From contig NC_090421.1 in NCBI RefSeq assembly GCF_036365525.1, forward strand, positions 7,823,133-7,887,132: a DNA stretch of 64,000 nucleotides, written 5' to 3'. Every line of letters starts with the position of its first letter. Position 1 is the stretch's first letter. The position numbers and the translations under genes were made by a program. The notes beneath the pieces were generated by a model, which made no database searches, had not been told where the DNA came from, and worked only from the letters and a program-made list of their open reading frames with translations. Below are positions 24,251-34,800 of the stretch, in pieces. Origin of the DNA: Heterodontus francisci. Taxonomy: Eukaryota.

Positions 24251-26902
24251 TTGCCACATTATACATGGACAATTCCTAGAAGGAATATTCCTATTCCAAG
24301 CAAACTGCTCGTTTGTAATCTTAGCCATGTAATTTCCTGGAGAGGCAAAATGGCAAAGTAAGGGAGAAAACCCCAGGGCCCGTAAGGGAAGAAATGCTCC
24401 GGAAAGTTCCTCCCCAACCCGCTCAGGTGATCAGAACCAGTCCAGGAGATCACATGCACCAAGTGTTGCCTATGATGCCACTGACCTTCTAGATGATGCA
24501 ATCTCTGCCCCAGTCAAGAACTGGTCCAGCTCCCTCTTGAAGTGTGCAGAGTCAGAGGACACCACACAAGCCAGCAACATATTCCAGAGGAATATGAGGA
24601 CGATAAGAAGAGCTGCCCAACATCCAGTCTGTTGCTACTATTGTGTAGTTTAAACCCATGTCCCCTGGTACTCCATAATCTGTTAAACTGGAATAGTCTA
24701 TCAGCAGACACACTATCCAGCAACTTACATTACTTTATAAAGTTCGACCTGGTCTCCTCTGTATCTACACTGCTCGAATGTAAATAGACCTGGCTTATTA
24801 CGCCTATCTGAGTAACTAAGGTTCTTTAGAATAGTCGACATCAAATATGCCCAGTTGCCTTTTCGAAGCATGGCTTAATACAGAGTAGAGCTCCTCTCCT
24901 CTGCTCCAAGAATATGCCTCAGTCCCTATGGCATTACTACATCAGTGTGATATTTCTCCATTCCCCACACGAGCTATCCTGTGGCCTGTCTTAGCGAGGC
25001 TGCTTACTGAGTGCTTGTTACTACAAATTAGTCAGCACTTTGTACTGTAGGCCTATACTAACTGCACAAAATCATTTCATGTACAACACTTACAGTCAGT
25101 AGATAGGGATACTTTCCTCGATCGCACTGCACTGTATTTGAACACAGACCCGAGGGCAAGTGTTCTAACCCAACGCATCTCTCGCTATCGCATACAAATG
25201 AGGTGGCCTGCATTTTAGATACACAGGTTCCGTTGTGACCAGATCGGGAGATTTAAAAAAAAATCATGTGCCCAAAGCTGGTATTCTCAACTGATGGGAG
25301 AAGTTATATCATTGTGGAGGAGAAAAAGGTTGGAGTTGGATTGTTGTTAAACTTTGCTGTATCTATATTAGTGCACTGAATGGTTTCAGTGACAGTCTGG
25401 TGTGTTTTTGCTATGGAATACACAAAGTAGTCTTTCTATATTTCATAACATTGCTCCAAACTTTATGTTCAAATATTGAATGGCGGAGCAGGCTTGAGGG
25501 GATGTTTGGTCTACTCCTGCTCCTATTTCTCATCTTCTTATGTTCTTAAAGATCTCAGAGCACTATCTGAAGAAGAGCAGGGTATTTTCCCAGTGACCTG
25601 GCCAATAGTGTGGCAATAACTAACACCACTATTATCCTCTAGTTGTTTGTGGGAACAAGCTGTGTGGAAAATGGCTCCTGTGTTTGCTGACATAACAAGT
25701 GACTGCACTGCCAAGAAATCCATTGTGTATGAAGGGCCCTGGGATGTTTTTGAGAGATGTAATGTCCTATAGAAACAAGTCTTTCTTTCAAAAAGCAAAA
25801 ATATTACTGTGAGTAAAATTTGCTATCAGATTTATTCCGTTTTCTTAAACAACACTGCCTCTTTGTGGCAAACACAAAGTATTTGATTGGAAGTGACATG
25901 TCTTATCGCTATCACCACAAGAGTGCGCTTGTGACTCTATTGCATACACCAGCATAGTGATTAGACTTGCATGCTTGTCAAGGAAGGTAACACTGGCTCA
26001 TTTACGCATTTGAAGCTTTGCTCCCTCTATATCATTTTTTGTATGAACTATATCATATTGGGCACTGGATGCTGCAGTGGGTTAGAACAAAGTTCTAGGT
26101 TCAATTCCAAGCACAAACTGATAAGATCACACTCTGATAGCTGATAGGGCCACAAAGTGAAATGAGCTTGACCGTCTCAACCCAATTTACAGTGGCACAC
26201 AGCACAAAACTTCTGAGGTTGTGGTTAAGGCAGATTGCAGTTGGAAGTTTACCTTATAATGAACAGTTTTCTATCTATACCAAGGCCTGACCTATGAATG
26301 TACACAGTCGAAAGATTTTCCATCCCCCAGCATACCTATCATGATTAACAGCTATTGGTGACCTCAATTATGTCACAGAAACTGTGCATTTACATAAAAC
26401 ATTTACAAAGATATGATGTTAAAGTAGAAGTCTTCACAAATCAACAGTTAAAGATGCTTTTGATTATCTTTGACGTTCTTTTTCTCAGATTTCATTTGGA
26501 TATGTGAACACTTTTATTAACATTTAATGGGTGACGTCATTGAGCAAAGTGGCTGGGAGACACCTTTGGGTCCTGTAGGAGTGTGTGTGCTTTATGTGGA
26601 GACATAGAAATATAAAATTACGCAGATTGAGGAAGTCAGATCTTTTACTCCATTTTTTGCATTCACCATACAATTGATTTAAACTTGTTCTCTCTAGTTA
26701 TGTATTTAGCCAAAACATGTAGATATCCAACATGACACAACAATCCAAAAAAAAATTCAAGCAACATGTAGAGATGAGGATATGCTGAAGGGACACTAAT
26801 TTCTCAGCTTGGAAAGAAAGCATCTGAGAGGCGATATTAGACAGATATAACAGGATTGTAAATGGCATGAAGAAAGCTAATCCGGAATAATATGTTAAAT
26901 TA

Positions 26903-27233
26903 GACAAGAAAAAGCTGCTCCCATTAACTGATGGTGCAAGGACTCGGGGATACAGATGGAATGTTTTGGGCAAGAGATGCAGGGAGAATATGAAGAAACA
27001 CTTTGTTACACAGCGGGTGGGAATGACCTGGAACTCGCTGCCCACAAGGGTGGTGGAGGCGGAGACGATCAATGACTTCAAGACATTGGATGGCCACCTG
27101 AGAGAAATAGACTTGCAGGGCGATGGAGATCGAACAGGGGAGTGGGACCAACTGAATTGTTCCGTGGAGAGCCAGTATGGACTCAGTGGGCCAAATGGCC
27201 TCCTTCTGTGCCATAAATGACTCTATGGTTCTA
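26903..27233 (+). mobile_element. CR1 3' fragment with 7-bp TSD, inside an older CR1 (~26760-27420)
   Basis: TAAATTA at 26896-26902 and 27234-27240; FVTQRVGMTWNSLP. Confidence 0.7.
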
Positions 27234-27489
27234 TAAATTATGGGAGTATCTAGGCTCACACAGTGACCAACAGGGACCTTAGGGCAGACTGATGTGGACG
27301 AATACCCTGGTTGCACTTACAAAGTGATTTGATGCTGCAATGGGGACACTTTAGGATGCTTCTGGATGCATGACCAAATATGGACCAAATTGCCATCCTC
27401 TTCCATAATTAACTTGGGAATGAAGAAACAAATGAGAGGACATTAGAAGGTTAACATAATTCACATCAATATTGCATGTCGGCCATGGC

Positions 27490-27920
27490 TCTCTTACCTC
27501 TGATTAAAAGATTGTGGGTTCATCTCTCATTCCAGGACATGAGCACAGAAATTAAGGCTGACACTCCAGTGCAGTACTGAGGAAGTGCTGCACTGTTGGA
27601 GGGGCTGTCTTTTGCATGAGGCCCTGTCTGCCTTTTCAGGTGGATGTAAAAGATCCCAGGGCACTGTTTTGAAGAAGAGCAGGGGAGTTCTCCCCGGTGT
27701 CCTGGCCAATATTTATCACTCAATCAACATCACAAAAACGGATGATCTGGTCATTATCACATTGCTGTTTGTGGGAGCTTGCTGTGCATAAATTGGCTGC
27801 CACGTTTCCTACATTACAACAGTGACTGCACTTCAAAAAATACTTTGTTGACTGTAAAGCACTTTGAGACGTCCAGTGGTCATAAAACGTGCTATATAAA
27901 CATAAGGCTCCCTCTTTTCT
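27490..27920 (+). mobile_element. Deu-domain tRNA-SINE
   Basis: GGATGTAAAAGATCCCAGGGCAC...CCCCGGTGTCCTGGCCAATATT...GCTATATAAA. Confidence 0.7.
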
Positions 27921-28319
27921 TTTTTAAAACACATTTTTCAAAGAATACATACTGTGAGACTTCTTCAACTCAACACATATCTTCTCAATCAACAGAAAGA
28001 GTCTGAAAAAAATGAGAAGGATGTTAATTAATCAAAATAATTGCAACTGCTTGCTTTTGAAACAAGACAGAGATTGGGAGACTTCACGAATTGTCACAAC
28101 TACTTATGGCCTGCAGATGGCATGGTTTAACTTCAAATGAACAGGTTTTTGTGGCAGTCCACCAATTAACTCTGACTCTTGTATGAAATTTTACATTTCA
28201 AATTTTAAAGATTATCCTCCAGAATCCCTGAGGAAAATAGTCCTCTGTCAAATTGAAAAGAATTGTAAGTCATTTTTTACAATACTGCCATACTGTCCGA
28301 TAGAGAAAAAGAAAGTTAG

Positions 28320-28770
28320 TTTTAGTGATGTTAAGGGGTAAATATTGGCCAGGACACCAAAAGAACTCCCTTGCTCTTCATCAAGTAGTGCCTCAGACAT
28401 TTTACGTCCACTTGAGAGGACAGATGGAGCCTCACTTTAACATCTCATCTGAAAGATGACGCCTTCAACAGTGTAGCACTCCTTCAATATTGTACTGGAG
28501 TGTAAGCCTAGATTATTTGCTCAAATCTCTTTTGTGGGACTTGAACCCCAAACCTGCTGACTCAGAGGCAAGAGTGCTACCACTGGGCAATATTCATCCC
28601 TCAACTAACATCACTAAAGCAAATAATCTGGTCATTATCACATTGCTGTTTGTGGGAGCTTGCTGTGCGCAAATTGGCTGTCACATTTACGACATTACAA
28701 CAGCGTCTACACTTCAAAAGTGCTTCATTGGCTGTAAAGCATTTTTGGACGTCGTGAGGCCATGATTTTT
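28320..28770. mobile_element. Deu-SINE with its 5' part inverted (minus ~28320-28585, plus ~28585-28770)
   Basis: Head and core on -, 3' part on +, joined near GGGCAATATT. Confidence 0.55.
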
Positions 28771-28837
28771 CTTTGCCCTGCTTCACTCATGCAGAAAGAA
28801 CAAAAGTAATCAATTTTTAAAGAGGCCACAGATGCCA

Positions 28838-29145
28838 TGATGGTGCAAGGACTAGGGGACACAGATTGAAGGTTTTGGACAAGAGATGCAGGGGGAATGG
28901 GAGGAAGAATTTCTTTTTACACAGCGAGTGGTAACGACCTGGAACTCGCTGCCTGTGAGGATGGTGGAAGCGGAGACGATCAATGATTTCAAAAGGAAAT
29001 TGGATGGGCACCTTGAGGGTAAAAAACTTGCAGGGCGATAGAGATAGAGCAGGGGAAAGGGACTGATTGGATTGCTCAACAGAGAGCCAGAATGGACACG
29101 ATGGGCCAAATGGCCTCCTTCTGTGCTGAATCGCTCAATGACTCG
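28838..29145 (+). mobile_element. CR1 3' fragment
   Basis: FFTQRVVTTWNSLP...GGGCCAAATGGCCTCCTTCTGTG. Confidence 0.7.
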
Positions 29146-29549
29146 ATTTTGAAAAGTAGGGCAGGAGAAGGCACATTGCATAAATTGACACATTGGCAGG
29201 TTCTGGCCTTTCCCTTTGAACTCTAATATTCTGGCACAGAAGCAGTGGACAAGGAATGCATGCAGTGTGGGGGCAGGGATTGGGGAAAACTGTATGGGAG
29301 GGCAAATTGGCAATTGGAAAGCAAGAACAGTCAGGATAGTAGTGGTTGAGTTCCTCTGTGATTCTCTGTGTCTCCTCATCATTGAAGCTTCTCAACACTG
29401 CTATCTTCTCACGAAATTGTTTCTGCTTTCCTCTCCATAGACTTGACACTCAAATGTCATCTCCAAACTTTCTGCAGTGAGATAAATAGACATTGTCCCT
29501 GAAGGGCAGCTTGCTGAAAGATAAAATAGGTGGGTGGGAAATCAATTGG

Positions 29550-29895
29550 CCTCAAATTTAAAGTTTTTATCCTTGTGTTCAAATCCCTCCAGAGCCTTGG
29601 CCCTCCCTACCTCTGGAATCTTGTCCAGCCCCTCAAGCCTCTGAGATCTCTGCCTCACTCCAATGCTAGCACATGGCCGATTCTCTTCATCCCATCACTG
29701 GTGGTCCATCCTGTCAGCTGTCTACAGGTTCTAAGCTCTGGAAATCCCTCCCTAAACCCCTCCACCTTTAAGGCAGTCTTAAAAACCTATCTCTCTGACA
29801 TGTCCTAATGTCCCCTTATGTAATTGGGTGTCAAATTTTGCCTGATTACACTCCTGTGAAGCACCATGTGCTACATAAATGCAAATTGTTCTTGT
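29550..29895 (+). mobile_element. L2 3' fragment
   Basis: FKVFILVFKSLQSLGPPYL...LKTYL; GCTACATAAATGCAAATTGTT tail. Confidence 0.7.
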
Positions 29896-31050
29896 AGTTT
29901 CCATGATAAGGGATATTGTGGCTATTAAGGAGCCAATGGGACAGATTCTCATTCCACAATTTCTCATATTCTGATGCTCAAGGTTAACAATATACCTTTC
30001 GGAAGCAGTGCAGTGTTCATTTAAATCTTAGGTGGCGGTTTGTTCTCTGTTTTGAAAACCAGCTAAGGCTTCACAGTGAGACAGTAATTTGTTACGAGGC
30101 AACACCCTGCGTTAACTTGCGGCACCGGTTTATCTTGCTGAGAAAGCTGCAGGATCATGGGTGGAAATACTGCCTTAGTCACGAATGAAATAAAAGATGT
30201 AATCGGGCCAAACTGTGAGAGAATCCATGTTAATGTAAACCATAGATTTACTGTTTGTAAATGGGGCAATGGGGATCACGCAAACAAGTAGCTGAGAATT
30301 GACGAGAGCCATCAAGCAAAAGCTGAAACATAAACCGAGGGGCTGGAACCTGTGTAAAACCCCTGGGGGTGCATGCACCAGAATATTTTTTTCACTATAC
30401 ATTGCATTGAAAATGGAATGGCAAGAATTGTTTTACTGCATTGAAGAAATCGGATCTCAATTGTACTTCCTTGAATGTGAAATTTGAGCTGTTATGTAAT
30501 GTATTTTTGCATTTTTTTAAATGAATAAAGTACACTTTTGGAAAGACAAAGATCAAACGAAGACTGAAACAATTGCCCTCGTTCATTTCCGAGGTAATTT
30601 CGGAAGTAAGGCACAACTCTGAAGAGCTGTAATGATAACCTTGTTAATGAATTACACTGAATCTCATCACATATCCCAAGCACAAAAACAAGTAGGAAGA
30701 ATTTAGAAAGGATGTCCAGCTTTTCGATAGTGAGCCCAACCTCAAGAGCTGGTGATAGGGGTTTTTGAGCAACATCGTTTCACTCCGATTTTTTAATGTG
30801 AGCAAGAAAAATATCACTGCACAGCACAGAAATATTTTTTTTGGAAGGGGAAGAAATCAGTGAGAATAAAGAACTTTGGGATTACATTCTGAAATTATTG
30901 CGCTGAATCACTGAATGGTGACAGAGAAGGAAAGGTCGGGCAATCACTGGCAATGAGATCCACACTTCTCCAACGACAGACTGTTCGAAAAGAAGCCTGG
31001 CGCAGTATTTTCCGAATTAACTCGTTCACTTGAATTCCCGACTGCTGCGG

Positions 31051-31072
31051 GAACATGTTCGAAGACTTGTTT
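31051..31072. promoter_or_regulatory. p53/p63-family response element upstream of gene B copy 1
   Basis: GAACATGTTC-ga-AGACTTGTTT: two perfect RRRCWWGYYY half-sites with a 2-bp spacer, ~360 bp upstream of the ATG. Confidence 0.6.
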
Positions 31073-31347
31073 GAAGACCAAACAAAGTGCTTTTACCCAT
31101 TTGACTGCAGCTCACTATTTTCCGCTAACCCGTGAACACCGGAATGCACACCAGCTGAGATGTCTCGTTGCAGAGTGTTGAAGTAACTGCACACCTTGTC
31201 ACTGCCGCTAAGTCGCACTCAAGGCAAGATGCAGCTGCTGCTGCTCCGCAAAGGGACAGGTTGGAACCCGTGGCAGAGGGCGGCGGCTGGCTCCTCCTCT
31301 CTATTGCTGTTATCTGACACCCTGACCAAGCTTCCATCCACAGAGCC

Positions 31348-31354
31348 CATAAAA
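31348..31354 (+). promoter_or_regulatory. TATA-like box (CATAAAA), copy 1; repeated at 47953-47959 and 61500-61506
   Basis: CATAAAA 75-81 bp upstream of the ATG, in GC-rich context. Confidence 0.55.
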
Positions 31355-31428
31355 GCAGCTGAAGCCGCCCTCAGCTGCACCAGCCGTTCAGTTTCGGACT
31401 CTCCGCTCTCTCAAGCAACGTCAACACG

Positions 31429-31860
31429 ATGTCCAGTCAGCAGGTTCGCTATTCCAGCAGCAGCAGCAGCGGAGGCGGCGGCGGCGGCCGCATGACAATC
31501 AGACAACATTTCGGCGCACCGAGCACCGGCAAAAGCTATGCCATGTCCAGCCGCTTAAGTGGCTTCAGCTCAGGTGGCTTCAGCTCAGGTGGCTTCAGCT
31601 CAAGTGGTGGACTGCAGCGCGCACGAAGTATGATCAGCACTCCACAACTGAGAATGTCAATGTCGACCAAACGAGGCACTTTCCAGAATCGGAGCGGTTT
31701 CAGCTCTGGCTCTTTGTCTCAGGGGCTGTTGCAGGCAACTAGTAATATTGACCTGAACGCCCCTCTCCCCCAAAATGACACCAGCCTGCAAAATGTCCGG
31801 GTGCAGGAGAGCAAACAGATCATGCATCTCAACGACAAGTTTGCCTGTTTCATTGACCAG
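31429..31860 (+). CDS. Gene B copy 1 exon 1
   Basis: ATG...[11 protein letters not shown]|gtaat. Confidence 0.92.
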
Positions 31861-34800
31861 GTAATTTGAACGATTGTCCAGTCGGTCGTCTTTGTAACCC
31901 AGAGTTTTGTGCCTCTGCTCAATCACTTGCTGTCACTCTGCAAATTGCTCTTCTCGCTTTGCAACCGATTGCGTTCAAATGTAACCGTGCATTCATTTTA
32001 CACCGTCAGGTTCGTGCCCTGGAAGAGATCAATAAGAAGCTGGAGATCAAACTGAATCTTCTGAAAGAACAAGGAACTTACAAATCAAACATCGACTCTA
32101 TGTTCCAGACTTACATTGATAACCTCAAAAGGCAACTGGATACTCTTGGGCAGGAGAAGCTGAAGTTCGAGGCTGACCTTGTCCAGATGCAGGGTCTGGT
32201 TGAGGACTTTAAGTGCAAGTAAGTGTGTTGCTGCTGAATTTGCGAGGGCATTTCTTCTGATCCCGTATCGTGTCCCAACTGAACAAAGTCCCAGGTTCAG
32301 ATTAAGATCATTTTGACCAATTGATCAGGACCCGGCAAAATATCACCGGGCGAAATAATCCGTAGGATGGTCATGTGGACAAAAGTGAAATAGCGAAGAT
32401 AAATGGCTGTACTCGTCACCGTGACAGTAGCCTGTGCTGAGTCAGCTGGTCTCTGCTGGGATACAGCTGTGGTGCCACATTTGGCCTCAGTACCTGTGGA
32501 GAAGGAAACATCAACCAGTGCCCCTGTAGGTGTGGCAATTGAGTCTGGGCGGGAGCCCGAGTGTGTGTTCGTGCTTTGTTAAACTGGGGCTTTAGTGTGG
32601 GTGATCCATTCTGTTGAAGCGCTAACAGGACTGATGCTTCTCAGAGCAGAGTGTGAACACTTCGGGGATGGTGTATATCTTGTGGAGGGAAACATATGAA
32701 GGATAGTGCACAATAGAATATAGATAAATAAGGAGTGTGAGGAAAGCGTGGCTTCGCGATGGGAACCTGCATTTACTCAGTGCAAGGGGCTCCGAGCAAT
32801 AAGTTAGGGCTGGGCAACCCAGAATTGCTTCCTTCACCATGGAAACGGACAGAAAGGTTTATTAACAGCAAGAGATTAACAGCAAAATAATCTGTTTCAT
32901 TCCAGATACGAAGATGAAATTAACAAGCGCACAGAAATGGAAAATGAGTTTGTCTTGGTCAAGAAGGTGAGTATAACCATATATTTCTGTCTGCCGGGCC
33001 AGAGCAAGCGGATCTCTTGGCAGAGTTTCTCAAAGCACTTTGTCCCTCTCCTCTTTAGGATGTCGATGACTCCTACATGAGCAAAGTAGAGCTGGAAGCT
33101 AAACTGGAAAGCCTCACCGATGAAATCGAATTCCTCAAGTCAATCTTTGAAGAGGTAAAAATGTGACAGGGTCCACCAGTTGGCCTTCTGCTGTTTAATC
33201 CAATCAAATGTAATCCAATCCAGTTTGAATGCTTCCTATCTCCTTTCAATCTGTTTTTTTTTCTCCCCTTCGCCGTTCTTTAGGAAATCCGTGAGCTGCA
33301 GGCACAGATTCAGAACACATCTGTCTGCGTGCAACTGGAGAGCAGACCCAACCTGAACGTAGATGACCTGATTGCTCAAGCCAGACATCAGTACCAATTA
33401 CTCGCAGACGCCAACCGTGCAGACGCTGAAGCATGGAAACAGACCAAGGTCAGCTCTTTAAGATCCCGATCACCATTTACCACTTGTATTGGTTGGTCTG
33501 TAGCCGACGCTGAAGTGTGAAATCTTTTACTAACCAGTTGCCAATGTTTCATTGCAGATGCAGGAACTGTCCATGTCGTCTGGACAATGCGGTGATGACC
33601 TCCGTGTGGTGAAAAGCCAGATTGTTGAAATGACTAAGTTGATCAGTAGACTGAATGGTGATATCGACGGTCTGAAACAGCGGGTAGGCAAAGAACTGAA
33701 ACCAAACAGGATATTGGGACCACCTGAATTAGTGTTGTCAAGGACCTGTCTTGTCTTTCTGGGTCTCTCTTTCTCATTTCCCTCCCCCATCCAAAATAAT
33801 GGGAAGAACCAGTTGAAGGATCAGCTCAATCTGGCCTATTTCTGCCAGTCTCAGTCTCTCACTGATGATTCCATTTCGATCCTTGTAAGGAAAAGTTTTG
33901 ATATGAATCCATTGCCAGTCAGTCTGCGGTCCACACCACACCTACTCTTTCCCAATTCACTGACATGAGGGAGAGGCTTTCCCCTTTTGAGTGCTCTTCT
34001 GATACACAAAATGTCCAGGAAACTAACCATATTAATATTTGTGCTACTTAGCGTGTCAGACTGGAGGCTGACATCCAAGAAGCTGAGGAACGTGGTGAGC
34101 TCTCCCTCAAAGATGCCAGGATTAGGATTGCAGAACTGGAAGCTGCCATCAACAAAGCAAAAAATGACCTGACCCGCCAAGTCCAAGAATACAATCAGCT
34201 GCTGAATGTCAAGGTGTCTCTTGATCTTGAAATTGCCACCTACATGAAACTACTGGAGGGAGAGGAGGACAGGTAAGATGTGGGACAGTTACAGATTCCA
34301 GACATCACACTGAGCACAGTCCACAGTTTCCTATAGGAGCAGATTACAATCTGTACTTGCAGTTTATTGGTATTGTCATTACCGTAGCTTTGATCTCTGA
34401 TAATGGAATGAAGTGTGGACACTCATGAGTGGCAGGTTACTCTAAATCACTTACTTTGGTTTAAAGGCTGCTTTGTATCTAAGTAGACACAAACATCACA
34501 CTCCCTCCCAGGATGAAGCCCTGCATGGTGATTCACTCTTCCTTTTATAGAGATGGTCCAGGAAAGGTCTCCTGATGACTCACTGGGTGAAGACATTGTG
34601 GAACTGAGCCACATTGACCAGAAGTTCCACCAGGCCAGCAGTTGGGGTGTACAGTTGGGCGGTGTGCCCCAAGCAAGGGAGGGTAAAAGCAACCCAAGAT
34701 CCTGTTCCTGATTGCCGGACAGTGAAGGTGCAGATCTTCCTTCCCCATGGCCAAATAGCCTGCTGGCATTTGCTGTCTGTGCTCACATGTGAAGAATGGG

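Larger units (their letters stand above)
21161..25477 (-). repeat. 4.3-kb inverted duplicate of the gene B downstream spacer (partners 40758-45027, 54308-58577, partial 37712-40474)
   Basis: Same ORFs on the opposite strand; ends map as 21161<->45027 and 25477<->37712. Confidence 0.92.

Noticed and set aside
32438-32444. AP-1 site TGAGTCA in gene B intron 2
   Set aside because: A single 7-mer inside a SINE-like sequence; expected by chance.
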